DNA of 64,000 nt from the NCBI GenBank assembly GCA_002697255.1, contig NZUH01000017.1, positions 88 to 64,087 on the forward strand, written 5' to 3'. The translations under genes were made by a program, and so were the position numbers. This DNA comes from Flavobacteriaceae bacterium (GTDB lineage: Bacteria; Bacteroidota; Bacteroidia; Flavobacteriales; Flavobacteriaceae). Positions 10,945 through 20,502 of this stretch are shown piece by piece. Below the pieces are notes generated by a model that had not been told where the DNA came from, did no database searches, and saw nothing but the letters and a program-made list of their open reading frames with translations. Numbering within the stretch: position 1 is the first letter of the stretch; each line of letters begins with the position of its first letter.

Positions 10945-12218
10945 TCTTTGTATATAACTCCTTCTTTCATAACAAAAGTTATATTTTCAAGCGTATAAAT
11001 ATCTTTTAATGGATTTTTAGGTGTAGCTATAATATCTGCTATATAACCCTCAGAAATTTGTCCAAGTTTGTTTTCTACGCCTAAAATTTTTGCGTTAACT
11101 AAAGTTGCTGATTGCAAACATTCTATTATGGTCATCCCAGCCTCATACATATATATAAATTCCTTTGCATTATTTCCATGAGGAAATACACCTGCATCAG
11201 ATCCAAAAGCAATACTAACTCCTTCACGATATGCCAAAGTAAAAGTTTTTTGAATTTGAGGACCAATTGCTAATGCTTTGGGGACAACTAATTCATCATA
11301 ATAGCCTGGGATTTTTGCTTTATTTGCAACCTCTTTACCTGCTGTTATGGTTGGTACATAATATGTTCCATATTCCTTCATTAGCTGCATTGATTTATTA
11401 CTCATTAGAGTAGCATGTTCAATTGTTAGGACACCCGCTTTAATAGCTCTCTGAATTCCTTCATCCCCATGGGCATGAGCAGCTACTATCATTCCATAAT
11501 CATTGGCTGTTTCACATATTGCTTGAATTTCTTCTAAAGTAAATTGTGGATTTTGGCCATTTTTTGCAATACTCATAACTCCTCCTGTAGCCGTAATTTT
11601 TATGACATCAGCACCATCTTTATATCTTTGTCTTACAGCCTTGCGCGCATCATCAACTCCATTAATTACACCATCTAACGGACCTGGATCACCCCTTAAA
11701 GATTTTTTCCACCCATTAGTTGGATCTGCATGACCTCCAGTTGTTCCAATTCCTTTTCCAGCAGTATATATTCTTGGACCAATAACCTCACCTCTATTAA
11801 TGGCGTCTCTAAGTGAAATATTTACTCCTGTACCACCCAAATCTCTAACCGTTGTGAATCCGGCCATTAGTGTACGCTTTGCAAATTTTAAAGATCCAAA
11901 TGCAATATCAGACTCCTCAGCTGTAAACTGATTAAGATATTTTTCAGGGTTGTATTCACTTTCTATATGTACGTGTAAATCTATAAATCCAGGCAATACA
12001 GTTGAATTCTTTAGGTCGATAATTTTATCATTTGAATTATCGGGGTTAATAAAGCCTTTTTTAATTTTTTTAATTTTATCATCAAAAATAATAATTGTCA
12101 TATTTTCATACATTTTTCCCTTTTTAGAATCAAAAAGTAATCCTGCATGGATATAATAATCCTGTGATTGGGTATAAAAAAATAAAAATAAAAAAAATGG
12201 AAGTAATAAATTTTTCAT
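10941..12218 (-). CDS. secreted amidohydrolase-family metallohydrolase
   Basis: 425-aa ORF with a signal peptide, an HxH metal site (FIDLHVHIE) and downstream AHAHG / GSDAG motifs of the amidohydrolase superfamily. Confidence 0.75.
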   Translation of the reverse strand: MKNLLLPFFLFLFFYTQSQDYYIHAGLLFDSKKGKMYENMTIIIFDDKIKKIKKGFINPDNSNDKIIDLKNSTVLPGFIDLHVHIESEYNPEKYLNQFTAEESDIAFGSLKFAKRTLMAGFTTVRDLGGTGVNISLRDAINRGEVIGPRIYTAGKGIGTTGGHADPTNGWKKSLRGDPGPLDGVINGVDDARKAVRQRYKDGADVIKITATGGVMSIAKNGQNPQFTLEEIQAICETANDYGMIVAAHAHGDEGIQRAIKAGVLTIEHATLMSNKSMQLMKEYGTYYVPTITAGKEVANKAKIPGYYDELVVPKALAIGPQIQKTFTLAYREGVSIAFGSDAGVFPHGNNAKEFIYMYEAGMTIIECLQSATLVNAKILGVENKLGQISEGYIADIIATPKNPLKDIYTLENITFVMKEGVIYKD

Positions 12219-12264
12219 AATATTAATGTAAAGTATCTATCTAATATAATGATTTATTTTTGGT

Positions 12265-12272
12265 TACTTTTG
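12265..12272 (+). promoter_or_regulatory. candidate Bacteroidota -7 box (TAnnTTTG) for waaA
   Basis: The sequence tacttttg matches TAnnTTTG, and the ATG at 12281 lies about 9 nt downstream. Chance matches are common in AT-rich DNA. Confidence 0.3.
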
Positions 12273-12465
12273 TAAAAAATATGTTGATATCTACCATAAA
12301 TTAATTGAAATATTACAATTTATTTTAATTCTAACATCTCCTTTTTCGGATAAGATAAAAAAAGGTGTCAAGGGAAGAAGAAAAGCATTTTACAAACTTA
12401 ATTCAATATTTGACATCAATGATAAAATTATTCATATTCATTGTTCTTCATATGGAGAATATTTA

Positions 12466-13500
12466 ATGATTGAACCTTTAAAAAATAATCTTGAAAAAAT
12501 ATATAATGATCACAAATTCTTGCTATCATTTATTTCACCTTCTGGTTATGATAATGTTAATAAAAATTTATTTGATTGTGTAATATATTTACCTCTAGAA
12601 ACAAAAAAAAACCTAAAACAATTTTACGGTTTAATATCTCCAAAAATTACATTATTTATAAAAAATGAAATATGGCCTAATTATATCAAATATGCCAAAA
12701 TGAAAGGGTCTAAGGTCTATTCTGTAGGTGGTAATTTTGAGCATAGTTTCTTTAAAAAATTAATTGGCTTAAATAATGCAATCAGAAAAATAGATGCAAT
12801 TTTTGTTTCAAACGAAAATTCAAAAAAAATAATTGAAAAAATAGGTAATAAAAATGTAATTGTTTGTGGTGATTTAAGATATGATCGTACTATTCCTGAT
12901 TTAAATGTTAAGCAAAATAAAATTATTTCTAGATTTATAAATAATAAAAAATGTATTGTTTTTGGTAGTACATGGAAAGAAGACGAAAAGTTAATCATAA
13001 AATACATAAACGAAACTGAAAAGGATTTAAAATATATTATTGCACCTCATGAAATAGATGAAAACCACCTAGAGTTAAAAAAACTATTAAGTAAAAAGTC
13101 AGTCTTGTATTCAGAAATCAGTTCGATATCTAACCTAAGTGATTTTAAATGTCTAATCATTAACAATATTGGAATGCTGTCATCATTATATAAGTATAGT
13201 GATATCTCTTATGTTGGTGGTGGAATGGGGACAAAAGGCCTTCATAATACACTGGAACCGGCTTATTTTTCAAAACCCGTTATCATCGGGAAAAATTATA
13301 AAAAGTTTAATGAAGCAAGGGGGATGATTAAAAATGGAGGAGCAATCAGTGTGAAAAATTATAATGATTTTAAAAAAACAATTAATTTCATAAATAATAA
13401 TAGGGAAATTCAAATAAATATGTCAAAAATCAATCTTAAATATTATATTGAAAATAAAGGCGCAACTAACAAAATATTAAAACATATAACCAATGAATAA
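12466..13500 (+). CDS. waaA: 3-deoxy-D-manno-octulosonic acid (Kdo) transferase; coordinates are the ATG-bounded part only
   Basis: 344-aa ORF with a glycosyltransferase C-terminal half. The conserved N-terminal part, including the H.H..S.GE motif (IHIHCSSYGEY), is encoded in the same open frame upstream (12253-12465). That stretch has no ATG/GTG/TTG start (see findings). Confidence 0.75.
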   Translation: MIEPLKNNLEKIYNDHKFLLSFISPSGYDNVNKNLFDCVIYLPLETKKNLKQFYGLISPKITLFIKNEIWPNYIKYAKMKGSKVYSVGGNFEHSFFKKLIGLNNAIRKIDAIFVSNENSKKIIEKIGNKNVIVCGDLRYDRTIPDLNVKQNKIISRFINNKKCIVFGSTWKEDEKLIIKYINETEKDLKYIIAPHEIDENHLELKKLLSKKSVLYSEISSISNLSDFKCLIINNIGMLSSLYKYSDISYVGGGMGTKGLHNTLEPAYFSKPVIIGKNYKKFNEARGMIKNGGAISVKNYNDFKKTINFINNNREIQINMSKINLKYYIENKGATNKILKHITNE

Positions 13501-14830
13501 ATTTACATATATAATATTATTACTGACTTCATTTAATATCAGCTTTTCTCAAAGTGTGATTTTAGAATCTTTTGGACCAACTTTTAATAGCCCAGTAGAA
13601 ATAAAAAATGCAGGCGATGAAAGACTTTTTATAGTTGAGAAATCAGGTAAGATTAAAATATTAAACTCTGATGGTTCTGTTAATTCAACACCTTTTTTAG
13701 ATATAGAAGATAGAGTTTCTATAAGTGGCAATGAACGTGGGCTATTAGGCTTAGCTTTTCACCCAAATTACCCCGAAAACCCGTACTTTTTTGTCAATTA
13801 TACAAATAATAGTGGTAATACAACTATTTCAAAATTTTCGGTTAGTTCAAACGAGAATATTGCTAATACAAACGAAACTATATTGCTAACGATTAATCAA
13901 CCCTATGCAAATCACAACGGAGGTTGTATAAATTTTGGACCTGACGGTAATTTGTATATCGGTATGGGTGATGGAGGTAGCGGAGGTGACCCTCAAAACT
14001 ACTCTCAAAACACAAATTCTCTTTTGGGAAAAATGCTAAGAATAAATGTAAACAGTGGAGTATATTCGATTCCCGATGATAATCCTTTTGGTAGTGAAAT
14101 ATGGTCTACAGGTTTAAGAAATCCTTGGAAATTTTCATTTGACAGCGAGAATGGTAATTTATGGATTGCTGATGTAGGACAAAATGAATTTGAAGAAATA
14201 AATTTAGTAATCGATAATCCGTCTAATATAAATTATGGTTGGAGATGCTATGAAGGAAATGAGCCTTATAATACATCAGGTTGTCCCTCAACGGGATTAA
14301 CTTTTCCTGTAGGCACATATTCTCATTATAACAGCGGTGAATTTAAATGTTCAATTACAGGCGGATATGTTTACAGAGGTGAAAATATTATTGGAATTTC
14401 TGGTGCTTATTTTTTTGCAGATTACTGCAGTGGAGAAATCGGAATGTTATCATATAATGATGCGCAAGAATTTGAGATGAATTTAACTTTTGCTAATATT
14501 ACAGGGAGTTGGGTTACATTTGGTCAAGATATATACGGTGAACTATATATAGCATCTATAAATGGTGGGCTTTATAAAATTGTTGATGCCGCTTTATCAA
14601 CTAAAAATGAAATACCAATTGATATTAAATATTATCCTAATCCGATTATTGATTTTATAAACATCGAAGCTGATACGGCAATACATTATAAGATTTATGA
14701 TGTAAAAGGCAAAATTATTAAAGAAAATAAAAATTTTATCGGAAATAAAATTGATTTAAGTCAATTAACTAAAGGAATTTACTTTATTAAAATAAATAAT
14801 TTTCAGATTGAAAAAATAATTAAGAAATAA
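13493..14830 (+). CDS. PQQ-dependent sugar (aldose/sorbosone) dehydrogenase with a T9SS C-terminal sorting domain
   Basis: 445-aa ORF with a signal peptide and ERGLLGLAFHPNY and NHNGG.I.FGPDG.LYIGMGDGG motifs. The C-terminal ~80 aa (YPNP...GIYFIKI) resemble a type-A T9SS CTD. Confidence 0.8.
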   Translation: MNKFTYIILLLTSFNISFSQSVILESFGPTFNSPVEIKNAGDERLFIVEKSGKIKILNSDGSVNSTPFLDIEDRVSISGNERGLLGLAFHPNYPENPYFFVNYTNNSGNTTISKFSVSSNENIANTNETILLTINQPYANHNGGCINFGPDGNLYIGMGDGGSGGDPQNYSQNTNSLLGKMLRINVNSGVYSIPDDNPFGSEIWSTGLRNPWKFSFDSENGNLWIADVGQNEFEEINLVIDNPSNINYGWRCYEGNEPYNTSGCPSTGLTFPVGTYSHYNSGEFKCSITGGYVYRGENIIGISGAYFFADYCSGEIGMLSYNDAQEFEMNLTFANITGSWVTFGQDIYGELYIASINGGLYKIVDAALSTKNEIPIDIKYYPNPIIDFINIEADTAIHYKIYDVKGKIIKENKNFIGNKIDLSQLTKGIYFIKINNFQIEKIIKK

Positions 14831-14834
14831 AAAA

Positions 14835-14858
14835 AGAGAGGGAGTACTCCCTCTCTTT
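14835..14858. terminator. intrinsic terminator hairpin (better U-tract on the minus strand)
   Basis: agagaggga-gtac-tccctctct. The plus strand continues TTTAAT; the minus strand continues TTTTTTATT. Confidence 0.65.
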
Positions 14859-14887
14859 AATATAACAAACTAACTAAACTAATTTAA

Positions 14888-15005
14888 ATGAAAAAAAAAA
14901 GCTTATCGTCATGATAAGCTTTTAAAATATTGTTATATAGAGGCTACATCATGAAACGTTAATATCATGTGACCACCACCAGTTATTTACAAATAATTTT
15001 TTCAT
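14888..15005 (-). ncRNA. candidate small transcript carrying an 18-codon micro-ORF (MKKLFVNNWWWSHDINVS, 14949-15005)
   Basis: A TAnnTTTG box (tatatttg, 15011-15018 minus) sits about 5 nt upstream of the ATG at 15005. The micro-ORF is followed by the minus-oriented terminator at 14897-14924. This is predicted from sequence only. Confidence 0.25.
14897..14924 (-). terminator. intrinsic terminator oriented for minus-strand transcription
   Basis: Stem agcttatc / gataagct with a 5-nt loop. On the minus strand it is followed by a run of 10 T; on the plus strand by only 4 T. Confidence 0.6.
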
Positions 15006-15062
15006 TAGTACAAATATAATCATCTATTTATTTATTATAAAGACATTTATAAATAATTTTTT
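14985..15062. repeat. 18-nt imperfect direct repeat, two copies exactly 60 nt apart
   Basis: atttacaaataatttttt (14985-15002) and atttataaataatttttt (15045-15062), 17/18 identical. Confidence 0.7.
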
Positions 15063-15125
15063 AATTTATTTTTTTTGATTGAATACCCAATTAAATAGTC
15101 GACATTTGCACGATTAATTAATCGA

Positions 15126-16871
15126 ATGACAAAGTTTAAAAAATTAGGTGTAAATAAAGATCTGTGCAAGGCAATCGAAGAACTGGGTTTTAAAAAACCA
15201 ACAGAAGTTCAGGAAGAATCAATCCCTTTTTTACTCACTGAAAATAAAGATTTAATATCACTAGCTCAAACTGGTACAGGTAAAACAGCAGCTTTTGGTT
15301 TACCTGCAATTCAACAAGTGGATTTAAAAAATCAAAATGTTCAGGTAATTATACTATGTCCAACTCGTGAATTATGTGTTCAGATTTGTAAGGATTTAGA
15401 ATCCTATTCAAAATATGTTAAAGGCATAAAGCTTTTATCTGTTTACGGAGGAACTAATATTGAAACACAAATTAAATCTTTAAAAAAAGGAGTTCAGATT
15501 GTAGTTGGAACACCAGGAAGAACCAAAGATTTATTAAAAAGAAAAAATTTAAAACTGGAAAAAGTTAATAAAGTTATTCTTGATGAAGCTGATGAAATGC
15601 TAAGTATGGGATTCAAGGACGATTTGGATTTTATTCTGGATAAAACCTCATTAGATAGACAAACAATGTTGTTTTCAGCAACAATTTCAAAAGAGGTTAA
15701 AAGCATTTCAAAAAAATATATGAAAAATGCTAAGGAAATCACTGTTTCTAAGGTAAATTCTAGTGCAAAAAATATTGAACATCATATTTACGATGTAAGT
15801 TCTAGGAATAAATATGAAGCGTTAAAAAGAATTGCTGATGTTAATCCAAATATTTACGGAATTGTTTTTTGCAGGACCAAAAGACACACAAAAGATATTG
15901 CTAATAAATTCATGGCTGAAGGTTATAATGCTGATGCGATTCATGGAGACCTTTCTCAAAATCAAAGAGATGAAGTAATGCAAAGATTCAGGAGTAAATC
16001 TTTGCAGATTTTAATCGCTACAGACGTTGCAGCTAGAGGTTTAGATGTAGACGATATTACTCATGTAATAAATTATTCGTTACCTGATGACCCTGAAGTT
16101 TATATTCATAGAAGTGGTCGAACAGCTAGAGCTGGAAAAAGTGGAATTTCAATAGCTATCTCTAGCAACACAGAAAAAAGAAAAATTAAATCAATTGAAA
16201 AAAAAGGAGCTATAAAATTCATTCCAAAAGAGGTCCCAACTGGGAGTGAAATATGCTCAAATCAGTTATATAAACTTATAGATAAAATTGAGAATGTTGA
16301 TGTTGATGAAGAGCAAATCAAACCATTTCTAGATAATATCTACAAAAAACTTGAGTGGCTAAGTAGAGAAGAATTAATAAAAAGATTTGTATCTGCTGAA
16401 TTTAATAGATTTTTGAAATATTATAAAGAATCAAATAAACTTACTTCCAAAAGATCAAAAGATAAAAGAAACTCTAAAAGAGGTGACAGGAATGGAAAAT
16501 CATTAACAGGATTTTCTATTAATATTGGAAGAAAACACAGGGCAACTCCATTAGATATTATCTCAATTGTAAATAGAGCATTAAAATCTAACAGTATTGA
16601 GATCGGTAAAATTGAATTAAGTAGGTATCAAACATTTTTTGAGATTGATCAAGATTATAAAGATGATTTTGTAAAAAATATTAAAAAAATTGATTTTAAG
16701 GGTAATGATTTAATCCTGGGTGAGCCGTATGATTTTGAACAAAAACCTTCAAAAAGTAGCAGAGGAAACAGAAGAGATAGGAGAGATAGGAGAGATAGAA
16801 ATACTAGTAAAAGATCAAGTTCAAGAAATTCTTCAAAAAAGAAAAAAAAGAAAAAACCACGTTTTAAATAA
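15126..16871 (+). CDS. deaD: DEAD-box ATP-dependent RNA helicase (DeaD/CsdA-like, DbpA-type RNA-binding domain, basic low-complexity tail)
   Basis: 581-aa ORF with AQTGTGKT, DEAD, SAT and HRSGRTARAG motifs. It has a C-terminal DbpA-like domain (FSINIGRKHRATPLDIISIV) and an Arg/Ser/Lys-rich tail. Confidence 0.88.
   Translation: MTKFKKLGVNKDLCKAIEELGFKKPTEVQEESIPFLLTENKDLISLAQTGTGKTAAFGLPAIQQVDLKNQNVQVIILCPTRELCVQICKDLESYSKYVKGIKLLSVYGGTNIETQIKSLKKGVQIVVGTPGRTKDLLKRKNLKLEKVNKVILDEADEMLSMGFKDDLDFILDKTSLDRQTMLFSATISKEVKSISKKYMKNAKEITVSKVNSSAKNIEHHIYDVSSRNKYEALKRIADVNPNIYGIVFCRTKRHTKDIANKFMAEGYNADAIHGDLSQNQRDEVMQRFRSKSLQILIATDVAARGLDVDDITHVINYSLPDDPEVYIHRSGRTARAGKSGISIAISSNTEKRKIKSIEKKGAIKFIPKEVPTGSEICSNQLYKLIDKIENVDVDEEQIKPFLDNIYKKLEWLSREELIKRFVSAEFNRFLKYYKESNKLTSKRSKDKRNSKRGDRNGKSLTGFSINIGRKHRATPLDIISIVNRALKSNSIEIGKIELSRYQTFFEIDQDYKDDFVKNIKKIDFKGNDLILGEPYDFEQKPSKSSRGNRRDRRDRRDRNTSKRSSSRNSSKKKKKKKPRFK
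16773..16799 (+). repeat. 9-nt tandem repeat x3 (agagatagg) inside the deaD tail
   Basis: Direct reading gives aga gat agg / aga gat agg / aga gat aga, encoding RDRRDRRDR. Confidence 0.9.
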
Positions 16872-16872
16872 A

Positions 16873-16906
16873 AAAAGGGATTAATCTTTAAGACTAACCC
16901 CTTTTG
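16873..16906. terminator. probable bidirectional terminator downstream of deaD
   Basis: Imperfect hairpin aaaaggg(a)tta ... taa(c)ccctttt, with an A-tract upstream and a T-tract downstream. Confidence 0.5.
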
Positions 16907-17167
16907 TACACCCAATTGAGCTGTTTTCGAAACAAACACTCGAGCTTTTAAATAGCTTTGTAAAAACTTCTTAAAAATCAACCGAAATAAAATCAATATT
17001 CTACATAACCACTACTTATTAGTCGTTAACATAAACCCAGCCTGTGAATACTTTACAGAATAGTAATTTATCTAATCATATAAACTCTGTCTTTTAATTC
17101 TACATCATCATCGCAGTTGCATTTTTTTGGTTTGTTTTAAAAAAAGGATAAGTAATATCTTCTTCTT

Positions 17168-17752
17168 TTAATCTCTGAAACAATTATACTGATTATTAAA
17201 GAATGATAACGCTCTTTGTTTTAAGCTGGGTTTCGCATACTTAAAAGAATTTCTTCCATAAGCATCATAATCATAGATGCATTTACCTTTGTCATTACTG
17301 CCTGTCTTACCTCTGATGGCGTATTTTTTCCCTTCTTCGTGCATAATAAGCTTAGCTGTTACTTCATTACCACCTCCTAGCCTATATAAAATTGATACTT
17401 CTGCGACACTGTTATTGTCAACATCAGTCAATTTCACTTCATCTAACTGTATACCATACTCATCTTTAGGATCTGCAAAGTCTTTTATATCCCACAAAAG
17501 CTTACCACCCCCAGTATAGTGATAGGCTCTTAAATCTTTATTTTGTTCACCAAATTCTCCCCAACCGTCACGAGCTGTAAAAATAAGAGTGTTTTTACCT
17601 AAAGCATCAAACCATCCATATATCTTGATGATATTGTTATGATTACTAGCTAATGGAACGTCACTAATATTGGGTCCAGAGTAAACAGAGTAAATTATTT
17701 CTTGTGATAAAATAGACATTGGAAATAAAAATAGAAACAAAAGTTTTTTCAT
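17168..17752 (-). CDS. hypothetical secreted protein (orphan; family not recognised)
   Basis: 194-aa ORF with a clear signal peptide (MKKLLFLFLFPMSILSQ), two C-terminal Cys residues and coding-like composition. I found no recognisable catalytic motif. Confidence 0.6.
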   Translation of the reverse strand: MKKLLFLFLFPMSILSQEIIYSVYSGPNISDVPLASNHNNIIKIYGWFDALGKNTLIFTARDGWGEFGEQNKDLRAYHYTGGGKLLWDIKDFADPKDEYGIQLDEVKLTDVDNNSVAEVSILYRLGGGNEVTAKLIMHEEGKKYAIRGKTGSNDKGKCIYDYDAYGRNSFKYAKPSLKQRALSFFNNQYNCFRD

Positions 17753-17776
17753 TGTTCTTAGTGTTAGTTAATAGAA

Positions 17777-17784
17777 CAAATATA
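17777..17784 (-). promoter_or_regulatory. candidate -7 box (TAnnTTTG) for the 194-aa gene
   Basis: The minus strand reads tatatttg, 25 nt upstream of the ATG at 17752. Confidence 0.3.
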
Positions 17785-17983
17785 TAAAATTACAATTAGA
17801 CTTAAAGCCCTTAAATCGCACATATTTAGCGCTTTGGAAAGGATGACCGTTTACTTATTAGTTTAGAGTAGTGCTTCCCAAAGTCCTTCATATCTAAAAC
17901 AATATCTTCGTTAGAGGATACTAATCGAAATAGATTGAAATAAGTAGAGAATAAAGCTGATGTAAACTATCATAAATAGTGTT

Positions 17984-18005
17984 ATTCGTACAAAATTCGT
18001 ACAAA
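17984..18005. repeat. 11-nt perfect tandem duplication (attcgtacaaa x2)
   Basis: Direct reading: copies at 17984-17994 and 17995-18005. Confidence 0.9.
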
Positions 18006-18012
18006 TATATAA

Positions 18013-18055
18013 CTAAAAAATCCGTAACACTCTATAAATAAAGTAATTACGGATT
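18013..18055 (-). terminator. intrinsic terminator of the tRNA-Gly/tRNA-Leu transcript
   Basis: On the minus strand, aatccgtaa and ttacggatt are separated by a 19-nt loop. The hairpin starts 8 nt after the tRNA-Leu 3' end, and a run of T (ggattttttag) follows the 3' arm. Confidence 0.6.
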
Positions 18056-18062
18056 CTTATCG

Positions 18063-18148
18063 TACTGAAGGCGGGACTTGAACCCGCACGGATATTACTA
18101 TCCATTGGATTTTAAGTCCAACGTGTCTACCAATTCCACCACTTCAGC
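18063..18148 (-). tRNA. tRNA-Leu (anticodon UAA), type II with a long variable arm
   Basis: The reverse complement reads GCTGAAGTGGTGGAATTGGTAGACACGTTGGACTTAAAATCCAATGGATAGTAATATCCGTGCGGGTTCAAGTCCCGCCTTCAGTA. Anticodon loop is CTTAAAA, the T-loop is GGTTCAAGTCC, and the acceptor stem pairs. Confidence 0.92.
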
Positions 18149-18163
18149 ATAAAACTAATATTG

Positions 18164-18238
18164 TGGAGCGAAAGACGGGATTTGAACCCGCGACCCTCAC
18201 CTTGGCAAGGTGATGCTCTACCCCTGAGCTACTTTCGC
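18164..18238 (-). tRNA. tRNA-Gly (anticodon GCC), CCA encoded
   Basis: The reverse complement reads GCGAAAGTAGCTCAGGGGTAGAGCATCACCTTGCCAAGGTGAGGGTCGCGGGTTCAAATCCCGTCTTTCGCTCCA. The acceptor stem GCGAAAG/CTTTCGC is perfect and the anticodon loop is TTGCCAA. Confidence 0.92.
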
Positions 18239-18274
18239 ATTATTTTAAAGAACTTAACGTCTAAAGCGCGGATG

Positions 18275-18282
18275 CAAATTTA
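18275..18282 (-). promoter_or_regulatory. candidate -7 box (TAnnTTTG) for the tRNA pair
   Basis: The minus strand reads taaatttg, about 37 nt upstream of the tRNA-Gly 5' end. Confidence 0.3.
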
Positions 18283-18304
18283 ATATAATTTTTGTAATAT
18301 GAAA

Positions 18305-20455
<2,151 letters not shown>

Positions 20456-20502
20456 TTAATAGTTTTAGTTTATTTGGATATTCTGGTAAAAATAAAAAAT
20501 TG

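Noticed and set aside
14949-15005. The WWW micro-ORF as a tryptophan-operon attenuation leader peptide
   Set aside because: Nothing lies downstream on that strand for it to regulate. The predicted transcript runs straight into two terminators and the 3' end of a convergent dehydrogenase gene, and no trp genes are in the window. It is kept only as a small-gene/sRNA candidate.
16655-16996. 113-aa minus-strand ORF overlapping the 3' end of deaD
   Set aside because: It is antisense to the helicase low-complexity tail. Its poly-Phe and Leu/Ser-rich sequence simply mirrors the A-rich and AGA-repeat coding strand, and it runs across a terminator hairpin. I treat it as a shadow ORF.
17168-18148. Integrated prophage, ICE or genomic island at tRNA-Leu
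   Set aside because: The block is only about 1.2 kb. I found no integrase, excisionase or transposase ORF, and no duplicated copy of the tRNA-Leu 3' end anywhere in the neighbouring spacers. At most it is a remnant (see the islet finding).
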